A stretch of DNA of 32,000 nt from Verrucomicrobiota bacterium (lineage in GTDB: Bacteria; Verrucomicrobiota; Verrucomicrobiia; Chthoniobacterales; UBA6821), in assembly GCA_008932965.1 (NCBI GenBank), contig WBXG01000004.1, positions 18,768 through 50,767 of the forward strand, given 5' to 3'. Below the pieces are notes generated by a model. It worked only from the letters and a program-made list of their open reading frames with translations, ran no database searches and was not told where the DNA came from. A program made the translations under genes and the position numbers. This document shows, in pieces, positions 24,963 to 32,000 of the stretch. Position 1 is the stretch's first letter; each line of letters starts with the position of its first letter.

Positions 24963-26808
24963 GTTTTTTTTGAGCTGCTTTCTGGATTTCAGTGTCTTTT
25001 TGATCTCTTATCAATAGATTCAGATCTGTAATGGTCATTCCCTCCATAGCCTCATCTAGAGAATTATAGTCATGCTGGACTGCTTGATGCTGGCGCAGTA
25101 ATAGCTGTTCCCAAGTATGAATTTCAGCCAAACGCTGAGCCTCAGCAACTTGTTCTGGAGTAGCGGTAAAACTGATGGTCTCTAATTCGCCATGTTTAAT
25201 ACAAAAAGCATTGGGACCAGCATTTTTTAATTTTTGCTTATCTTGCTCTAGGTCTTTCTGATATTGAGGATTACCTCGGAGAAACACCTCTAAACTCTCT
25301 TCTGTTTTGGAAAAAATGGTTTTATTGGTAATTGTGGGCGGTCCATTGACGACATTGTAGAAATCACCGTTATCATCAAACCCCAAAACCAAGGTTTTCT
25401 CCTGAGGCTCTTTTGCAAAATATTCTGTAGGGACATTAGAACCGATACCTCCATCCACTAAAGTATCACCTGTATTAGGATCCCTTTTTGCTCGGTAGGC
25501 AAGCGGAAGAGCTGCAGAAATAGTAGCTGCAATCGCAATGGACATGGTAGGGCACGTCTCTGTATTAAAATATATTTCCTTTTGTTCACGAAGATCAAAT
25601 GCAGTCACAGTAAGCTCTTTAAAACGAGGATCCATTTTTTGAAGAAGTGCTAATTCCCCAAAAGTGATCATATGGGTTTTATTTGAATCAAGATCTTCCT
25701 TGAGTTGGTTAATAAGTTGACGGTCTGGATCACTAATACCGTCGATAGCATTAACTTTTTGTTCTAATTCCTCCTTTGATAATGAATCAAGGTAACTTTT
25801 GATACTTCCAGCAATTGATTGATTCATTTTTTCAGTAAGATAGGAGCCGGCAAAACCTATTTGATGCACACTTATCAAATTATGATCGAGGTACGAGTTA
25901 AGCTCTTGAGAAATAATCGGGTCTTTTGATTTTCCAACCAGAGCATTTAAAAGATCCATGCTGCCCGCCGCTTTCTTTACTTCACTTGCACTCATTCCAG
26001 CAGCAATAAAGGTAGCCGTCATCGCTCCTGCGGAACTACCGGCAACAGCTTTCAAACCCTGGAGTGTACCCGAGGCTCCCACCGCAGTTAAAAATCCCAC
26101 ATAAGCTTCTCCTTTGGTTCCACCTCCCGAGAGCACGAGGTTTTTCACAGGAGAAGCTGGACTCACCACCGAATAGGTTCCATCGCTCTTGAGAAAAATC
26201 TGAGGTTCCTTTTGATAGTAAGGCTCAACCTTATTACCCAATTGATAGAAGGCAGAGAGTGTTTCTTTGTAGGCCTCTTGAATAGCCTCTCTTGGAGAGT
26301 TAGGGTGGCGCTCAAGAGAGGCTCTTAATTTTTGAGTGATGGGCTCAAGTGACTGTGCTGCTAAAGCACGAACTTTGTTTGCGTCTTCTGATTGGGGTAA
26401 AATACCTGCTTCTAAAATCACCTTTTCTGTTGCTTCATGATAGTCGTCGCCTAGCCCCTTGATAAGTGATTCTGTATCGATATGGGGTTGCTCTTGAGGA
26501 GTAAAAAATAGAGCTGAAAGAGAGTTGCTAAAAAATGAGAAAGGAGCCGAAAAAAAACTTTGTTCTCCATTTGTATGTTGAAGATTTTTTTCGACTACTT
26601 GTTTCCAGGAAGCAGATGTTGGAGCAGCATGTAGATTGGTTGTGCTGCTAAAAATTAATCGACTCGGCCATTGATTCCGAAGCCATGTGAATGGGGACTT
26701 CCAAAACGATGTTGTCTGAGAAGTCTCAGAGTTCGGTGGAGGAGCTTGGGTTCTTTGGGAAGGATTCCCTTGAGAAGGAGGCACGGATGAACTTCCTATA
26801 CGATTCAT
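24940..26808 (-). CDS. Patatin-like phospholipase (ExoU/VipD-like architecture) with a ~220-aa N-terminal region of unknown function
   Basis: Oxyanion motif GGGTKGEAY, lipase serine motif GSSAG and catalytic Asp motif LVDGGIGSN. The N-terminus is S/P/T/Q-rich. ATG at 26806-26808 (MNRIGSS...); the track start at 26814 is TTG. It lies 12 nt downstream of the gltB stop. Confidence 0.88.
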   Translation of the reverse strand: MNRIGSSSVPPSQGNPSQRTQAPPPNSETSQTTSFWKSPFTWLRNQWPSRLIFSSTTNLHAAPTSASWKQVVEKNLQHTNGEQSFFSAPFSFFSNSLSALFFTPQEQPHIDTESLIKGLGDDYHEATEKVILEAGILPQSEDANKVRALAAQSLEPITQKLRASLERHPNSPREAIQEAYKETLSAFYQLGNKVEPYYQKEPQIFLKSDGTYSVVSPASPVKNLVLSGGGTKGEAYVGFLTAVGASGTLQGLKAVAGSSAGAMTATFIAAGMSASEVKKAAGSMDLLNALVGKSKDPIISQELNSYLDHNLISVHQIGFAGSYLTEKMNQSIAGSIKSYLDSLSKEELEQKVNAIDGISDPDRQLINQLKEDLDSNKTHMITFGELALLQKMDPRFKELTVTAFDLREQKEIYFNTETCPTMSIAIAATISAALPLAYRAKRDPNTGDTLVDGGIGSNVPTEYFAKEPQEKTLVLGFDDNGDFYNVVNGPPTITNKTIFSKTEESLEVFLRGNPQYQKDLEQDKQKLKNAGPNAFCIKHGELETISFTATPEQVAEAQRLAEIHTWEQLLLRQHQAVQHDYNSLDEAMEGMTITDLNLLIRDQKDTEIQKAAQKKLKQNISY

Positions 26809-26820
26809 ATTCAAAAGAGG

Positions 26821-29800
26821 TTAAGCTCCTGGGGTTACAGTAATGGCCTCCGTGATGATGGTTGAAGTCTGTTCCTCTTCTTTTTTAATTTCGAGTTCTA
26901 GTGGCTTCGCAATAGGGATATGAGGAATCACTTTCCAAAATTGAGCACGATAGAGAGACCAATTGCTTAACATTTCTTGAGCAAGGATACTTCCGGTTTT
27001 TTGGGAATGCATTTGGATCAACTTCTCTAGCTCCTCAGTCTCCTCCTCAGGGAGAAGGCGTTGTGCGGTAACTAACTGGGGATTGAGCAGTTTTAAAAAA
27101 TGATCGGATGAATCAAGGATGTAAGCAGTTCCTCCAGTCATACCAGCAGCAAAGTTTTTCCCAGTGGGGCCAAGTACCACCACCGTTCCTCCGGTCATAT
27201 ATTCACAACCGTGATCCCCTACCCCTTCAATAACTGCTGCACCACCAGAATTACGGACACAAAAGCGCTCCCCTGCGCGTCCAGAGGCAAAAAGGACTCC
27301 CCCTGTTGCCCCATACATCACTGTATTACCGATGATACTATTATTTTTGGCGATAAAGTGATGTCCAGGACGTGGTCGAATGATGATTTCACCACCACTC
27401 ATTGATTTTCCAACGTAGTCATTGGCCTCCCCAGTAAGGTAAAGCGAGATTCCAGAAGCAAGAAATGCGCCTAGACTCTGCCCTGCTGTTCCCTGGAAGT
27501 CTAAGGTTATGGTTCCCTCTGGAAGGCCTTCCCCACCGTATTGATAGGCAATCTCTCCAGAGAGTTTTGTTGCAAGAGAGCGGTTGGTGTTATCTATTTT
27601 GTAAGAAAGCCGTACCGGTTTTGCATCACGCAAGGCCTCCTCAGCATCCTGAAGAATGATATCGTCGAGGGGTTGATCATGCTCAGGATCATTTCGTTCA
27701 CGGGTGGCATAGCGAATCGCTGTCGGATCATCTGCCACCACATCAGTAATCATACGGCTCAAATTAAGTTTGTTTGCCTTAGGATGATTTTCAATAGGTC
27801 TTTGACGCAGGTTTTCTGTGTGGCCAATCATTTCATCAATGGTTCGAAAACCAAGACGGGCCATGATTTCACGGACTTCATGGGCTACCGCATTAAAAAA
27901 ATGAACCACATTCTCTGGCTTCCCTTTGAACTTGCCACGAAAGCGCTCTTCTTGTGTGGCAATACCGACGGGGCAATTATTCAAATGACATTGGCGCACA
28001 TAAACACATCCCATAGCAATTAGTGCTGCTGTTCCGAAGTTATATTCTTCAGCTCCAAGGAGTGTGGCATAAATAATATCTTCTCCTGTACGCATTCCTC
28101 CATCGGTCCGCAAAGTGACTCGGTTACGGAGCTGGTTGAGAAGCAAGACCTGATGTGCTTCTGCAAGTCCCAGCTCCCATGGTCCTCCTGCATGTTTGAT
28201 AGAACTTAAAGGAGAGGCCCCTGTTCCTCCTTCATGACCACTGATAAGAATAATATCGGCATGAGCCTTTGCCACACCAGCTGCAACAGTCCCAATCCCA
28301 CTTTCGGCAACAAGCTTCACACAAACGCGAGCACGAGGGTTCACCTGTTTGAGATCATAAATGAGCTGTGCTAAATCTTCGATCGAATAGATATCGTGAT
28401 GGGGAGGGGGGGAGATGAGTGTGACTCCAGGAACGGAGTGACGTAAGGTTGCAATATAATGATTCACTTTTTGACCAGGAAGCTGGCCCCCTTCTCCGGG
28501 CTTGGCCCCTTGAGCCATTTTGATTTCAATTTCTTTGGCACTGGCTAGGTAAGCCGCACTCACCCCAAAACGTCCTGTGGCAATTTGTTTAATAGCACTA
28601 TTGGCCCAATCACCATTTTCAAGACGCTTGTAACGCAGCGGGTCTTCTCCTCCCTCTCCAGAATTTGATTTTCCACCAATCCGGTTCATAGCAATAGCCA
28701 AGGTCTCATGAGCCTCAGGGCTCAGTGCTCCTAAGGACATTCCTGCTGTCGTGAACCGACGACGAATTTCCTCAATCGATTCAACCTCGCTCAGTGGTAT
28801 TGGACCGGTCGTTTTTGGAATAAATTCCAAAAGATTGCGTAAGGAATGAGGGGTTGAGGTTAAAACAGCATCAACATAAGCTTTGTAATCCTCAGGTTTG
28901 TTAGAGCGAATAAAGGTATGGAAATTTTTAATGACAGGGGGAGTCACTGCATGAAGCTCTCCACTGCGTCGAAAGCGATAGAAGCCTGGATCCCCTAGAA
29001 CCAAAGCCTCTCCCTCCTCCTGAGCAGGAGGGGCATAGGCACTCTGATGGCGCAATAAACTCTCTTGAGCAATCTCTTCAAAACCGATTCCCTCCAGTGG
29101 GGATGAGGTCCCACGAAAACATTCCTCAATGAATTCCGACGAGAGTCCAATAGCCTCAAATGTCTGTGCTCCACGATAGCTTCCGATAACCGAGATTCCC
29201 ATCTTGGACATGATTTTAAGAAGTCCACTAGAAATCGCTTTTTTGTAATTGAGAAGTGCGGTGGCATGATCAACAGTGACTTTCCCTTTGGCTCGAATTT
29301 CTCGAATCGTCTCAAGGGCAAGATAAGGATTAATGGCACTAGCACCATACCCAATGAGGCAAGCGATTTGATGGACATCACGTGCTTCTCCTGTCTCACT
29401 CACAAGACTCGCTTTCATGCGCTTACCAACACGTAAGAGATGATGATGGACCGCTCCTACAATAAGTAATGCTGGAATAGCAACCCATTCATGGTCGGCT
29501 TTGCGATCACTTAAAATGAGAATTCTAGCTCCTGCATCAACTGCTTGTTCTACAGCACGACAGACTTCCCGGACTGCTGGAGCAAGACCGTGCGGGCCAG
29601 CAGATACTTTCCAACAGGTGGAAATCGTTGTAGCTTGATGAACTCCTCCACTCTTTTTTAAGGCAAGGAATTCCTCATTGAGCAGTATTGGAGAATCAAG
29701 TGTGATTTGTTCTGCATGTGCTGGGGTTTCTGCTAGGAGATTGCGCTTCCAACCAATAACAGTAAATAGTGACATCACGAGACGTTCACGAATCGGATCA

Positions 29801-31395
29801 ATAGGAGGATTGGTAACCTGGGCAAAAAGCTGGCTAAAATAGGTGTATAGCAATCGTGGACGAAGTGAAAGAACAGCAAGGGGAGTATCACTTCCCATAG
29901 AACCAACAGCCTCAGCTCCATCATGGATCATCGGTTTGAAAATCATTTCTAATTCCTCATTGGTATAACCAAAGGAGAGCTGCTGTTGTCTTAGAGTAAG
30001 AAGATCGAGCTCTTTGGAAGGCTCTTGGAGCTCTTCTGCCAGAATCGGTTTGATTTTAACAAGATGTTCATCGACCATCTTGCGATAATCATTTTGGGCG
30101 GCAAGCTGGTCCTTGATCTCTTGATCTCTTAAAAGAAGACCACGAGCTGTATCGACGGCGATCATTTCACCTGGTCCGAGACGTCCTTTTTCGATAACGC
30201 TGGCTTGGTTTAAATTACTTACTCCGACTTCAGAGCCAATGACAAAAAGTCCATCACTGGTGATTTCATAACGTGCCGGGCGAAGTCCATTACGATCCAG
30301 GCAAGCCCCTACGGTCACTCCGTCGGTAAAGACTAAGGCTGCAGGTCCATCCCATGGCTCTCCAAGACAGGTATGATATTCATAAAAACCAGCTAGTGCT
30401 GGGGAAATATCTTTGTTAGGTCGCCATGCAGGAGGGACAAGCATGGTCATTGCATGTAACAGAGAGCGACCTGACATGGTGAGTATTTCAAGCATGTTAT
30501 CGAGACTTGCTGAATCGGAGCCACCTGGTTGAATAATCGGCTTGAGCAAATCGATATCAGCTCCCCAGAAATCTGCCTCGAGCTCTGCTTCCCGAGCATG
30601 GGTCCACGTACGATTTGCCCTGATAGTATTAATTTCTCCATTATGAGAGAGCATCCTAAAGGGATGTGCGAGTGGCCACGTAGGAAAGGTATTGGTACTA
30701 TAGCGTTGATGATAGACACAAAGAGCAGTTTCAAAATCGGGATGCATAAGATCCGAAAAAAACTTCTCGAGTGATTTAGAGACCATCAGCCCTTTGTAAA
30801 CAAGGGTTCGATGAGAAAAAGAGGGGATATAAAAATCTTCGATCTTATCAGCAGCTGCACGATCTTCGATTTCATTGCGTGCTAAGAACAGACGCTGTTC
30901 ATAATCGTCATTGCTCATTCCTTGTGGGCGTCCTACTAGGACTTGCTCTATAGCTGGCAATGTCATCAAGGCCTTAGTTCCAAGGACATGCTTGTTTACA
31001 GGAACAGGGCGCCATCCCAAAAGATATAAACCCCGTTTCGCGATCACCTCCTCAGTAATGGCCTTGGCTCGTGCCTGAGCATAAAGATTATCCTGAGGAA
31101 GAAACATCATTCCAATCCCTAAATCCTCATCCCTATAGAGTCGATGTCCACGTAACTCGACTTCCTTTCGGAAAATTTTGTATGGAATTTGAGTTGTTAT
31201 TCCCGCCCCATCTCCGGTTCTTGAATCAGCATCGAGGGCTCCTCGATGCATCAAACCACAGAGAGAACGAAGGGCTATTTTTAGAATTCGATTGGAGCGG
31301 GTTCCATCGATCTGTGCCACCATTCCAACACCACACGCATCATGTTCATGCATGGGATCGTAGAGGCCAGAGAGCATTGGAAGAGAATGATTCAT
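26821..31395 (-). CDS. gltB: Glutamate synthase large subunit (Ntn amidotransferase + central + FMN/3Fe-4S + GXGXG domains)
   Basis: 1524-aa ORF with a propeptide then the catalytic Cys (HDACGVGMVAQ), a Cys cluster (CHLNNCPVGIATQ), FMN domain blocks (ISGHEGGTGASP) and a C-terminal beta-helix domain (GDHGCEYMTGG). Confidence 0.96.
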   Translation of the reverse strand: MNHSLPMLSGLYDPMHEHDACGVGMVAQIDGTRSNRILKIALRSLCGLMHRGALDADSRTGDGAGITTQIPYKIFRKEVELRGHRLYRDEDLGIGMMFLPQDNLYAQARAKAITEEVIAKRGLYLLGWRPVPVNKHVLGTKALMTLPAIEQVLVGRPQGMSNDDYEQRLFLARNEIEDRAAADKIEDFYIPSFSHRTLVYKGLMVSKSLEKFFSDLMHPDFETALCVYHQRYSTNTFPTWPLAHPFRMLSHNGEINTIRANRTWTHAREAELEADFWGADIDLLKPIIQPGGSDSASLDNMLEILTMSGRSLLHAMTMLVPPAWRPNKDISPALAGFYEYHTCLGEPWDGPAALVFTDGVTVGACLDRNGLRPARYEITSDGLFVIGSEVGVSNLNQASVIEKGRLGPGEMIAVDTARGLLLRDQEIKDQLAAQNDYRKMVDEHLVKIKPILAEELQEPSKELDLLTLRQQQLSFGYTNEELEMIFKPMIHDGAEAVGSMGSDTPLAVLSLRPRLLYTYFSQLFAQVTNPPIDPIRERLVMSLFTVIGWKRNLLAETPAHAEQITLDSPILLNEEFLALKKSGGVHQATTISTCWKVSAGPHGLAPAVREVCRAVEQAVDAGARILILSDRKADHEWVAIPALLIVGAVHHHLLRVGKRMKASLVSETGEARDVHQIACLIGYGASAINPYLALETIREIRAKGKVTVDHATALLNYKKAISSGLLKIMSKMGISVIGSYRGAQTFEAIGLSSEFIEECFRGTSSPLEGIGFEEIAQESLLRHQSAYAPPAQEEGEALVLGDPGFYRFRRSGELHAVTPPVIKNFHTFIRSNKPEDYKAYVDAVLTSTPHSLRNLLEFIPKTTGPIPLSEVESIEEIRRRFTTAGMSLGALSPEAHETLAIAMNRIGGKSNSGEGGEDPLRYKRLENGDWANSAIKQIATGRFGVSAAYLASAKEIEIKMAQGAKPGEGGQLPGQKVNHYIATLRHSVPGVTLISPPPHHDIYSIEDLAQLIYDLKQVNPRARVCVKLVAESGIGTVAAGVAKAHADIILISGHEGGTGASPLSSIKHAGGPWELGLAEAHQVLLLNQLRNRVTLRTDGGMRTGEDIIYATLLGAEEYNFGTAALIAMGCVYVRQCHLNNCPVGIATQEERFRGKFKGKPENVVHFFNAVAHEVREIMARLGFRTIDEMIGHTENLRQRPIENHPKANKLNLSRMITDVVADDPTAIRYATRERNDPEHDQPLDDIILQDAEEALRDAKPVRLSYKIDNTNRSLATKLSGEIAYQYGGEGLPEGTITLDFQGTAGQSLGAFLASGISLYLTGEANDYVGKSMSGGEIIIRPRPGHHFIAKNNSIIGNTVMYGATGGVLFASGRAGERFCVRNSGGAAVIEGVGDHGCEYMTGGTVVVLGPTGKNFAAGMTGGTAYILDSSDHFLKLLNPQLVTAQRLLPEEETEELEKLIQMHSQKTGSILAQEMLSNWSLYRAQFWKVIPHIPIAKPLELEIKKEEEQTSTIITEAITVTPGA

Positions 31396-31414
31396 TGAAA
31401 AAAGAGTGTGATTG

Positions 31415-31599
31415 AACCCGAATATTTTACATCAAATCTATTACGGCTTGTGGAAAGCCCCATGGCTACTGCGTTGGTCTTGAATGGTGATTGGGGCGAT
31501 AGGGACTCCTACAGCCCAGCATCACAATACTTCGCCCTCCTTGTAATAATGAGCTTTGCACGCCGCCTCATGACACTTCTGCATGAAATATCCCGGTAA
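31415..31599 (-). mobile_element. MITE-like palindromic element, copy 8 (diverged, type B-like, reverse orientation), 20 nt upstream of the gltB start
   Basis: AACCCGAATATTTTACATC ... CTGCATGAAATATCCCGGTAA. The interior aligns with the reverse complement of the other copies (ATCTATTACGG vs ATCTACTACGG; CTACTGCGTTGGTCT vs GATGCTGCGTTGATCT; CGCCGCCTCATGAC vs GGCGCCTCATGAC). Confidence 0.8.
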
Positions 31600-31689
31600 C
31601 GTGCTTGAGATACTACAGGAATCTAGAGATCTGTTGCAATCATAAGAGAATTTATTCCCTATTGGATAAATCATCCCATTTTCATTTGC

Positions 31690-31784
31690 TCAGTGAGTCA
31701 GGCATTATCAGACTTCTTCACACACCTTGCCCCATGAGCCTACGTAGCCTCCTCATCACGATGGGTAGGAAATATTTTGTTTAA
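31690..31784 (-). repeat. Degenerate half-copy (type A left half, reverse orientation)
   Basis: The reverse complement reads TTAAACAAAATATTTCCTACCCATCGTGATGAGGAGGCTACGTAGGCTCATGGGGCAAGGTGTGTGAAGAAGTCTGA, against the copy 1 left half ...ATATTTCATACTGATCGTGACGAGGAGGCAGCGAAGGCTGATGGGGCAAGGCGAGCGATGAAGTCTGA. Similarity fades beyond that point. Confidence 0.55.
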
Positions 31785-31831
31785 ATTGTACTTCCATTGG
31801 GAACTATATTTCTTATCATTCATTCTCCCTC

Positions 31832-32000
31832 ATGAAAATATCGTTTCCCCTGTGTGCTACTGCTCTTCTTTGGATCAGTAGCCCGCACCTCCTCTCACAA
31901 GCATCCCAAGCATCCCAAGCATCCCAAGCATCCCAAGCATCCCAAGCATCCCAAGCATCCCAAGCATCCCAAGCATCCCAAGCATCCCAAGCATCCCAAG
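31832..32000 (+). CDS. 5' part of a secreted/surface protein with a (Gln-Ala-Ser)n tandem repeat (partial, runs off the window)
   Basis: The frame from ATG 31832 is open to the window end: MKISFPLCATALLWISSPHLLS then QAS repeated 11+ times. The N-terminus looks like a signal peptide. It is not on the ORF track because no stop is reached. Confidence 0.5.
   Translation, partial: MKISFPLCATALLWISSPHLLSQASQASQASQASQASQASQASQASQASQASQASQ
31898..32000. repeat. Perfect 9-bp tandem repeat CAAGCATCC, at least 11 copies, truncated by the window end
   Basis: Direct reading of 31898-32000 shows no interruptions, in frame with the ORF starting at 31832. Confidence 0.95.

Noticed and set aside
24940-26808. 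Patatin-like protein as a CBASS CapV-type defence effector
   Set aside because: No CD-NTase/cyclase, cap2/cap3 or other defence gene is adjacent. The protein is about twice the size of CapV and is apparently coupled to gltB.
27211-30774. Several antisense or out-of-frame ORFs inside gltB (for example 27541-28023 at 160 aa and 28995-29399 at 134 aa), plus similar ones inside purD, purH, batA and the transporters
   Set aside because: They lie completely within strongly supported long CDSs and have no recognisable motifs. They are typical shadow ORFs.

Overview
This is a 32-kb, moderately AT-rich bacterial chromosomal segment that is densely coding on both strands.

- **Left third (207-8805, minus strand):** a complete Bacteroides-aerotolerance-type operon. 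It comprises a MoxR AAA+ ATPase, DUF58, a DUF4381-like protein, BatA, a BatB/BatC-like vWA-TPR fusion with a long Q/N/S/P-rich tail, BatD and BatE.
- **Middle:** housekeeping genes purD, panD, tadA and purH, a ZnuABC/TroA-type metal ABC importer, an rfbA-rfbC-ABC-2 permease operon, an MFS sugar porter and two paralogous GadC-family APC antiporters.
- **Right third:** a 1524-aa glutamate synthase large subunit (gltB). A ~620-aa patatin-like phospholipase follows it 12 nt downstream, where gltD would normally sit. The window ends in the start of a signal-peptide protein carrying a (Gln-Ala-Ser)n repeat.

The most unusual property of the window is not a gene. It is a family of ~184-bp, TA-flanked, hairpin-forming MITE-like elements with terminal inverted repeats CCCGGATATTTCATACTGATC. 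There are 8 full and about 6 partial copies, roughly 5 percent of the window. They sit exactly on gene boundaries, supply the stop codon or last codons of at least seven genes, and occupy the leaders of several others. Their sub-apical stem stays paired through compensatory substitutions.

A small AT-rich accessory islet (21.6-23.5 kb) holds three of these elements, an RHH-like ORF, a possible transposase remnant and an orphan 84-aa ORF.

No rRNA, tRNA or CRISPR array was recognised. The taxon cannot be fixed from the sequence alone; gene content is compatible with a PVC-superphylum or similar Gram-negative bacterium. Repeat coordinates were derived by hand and may be off by 1-2 nt.
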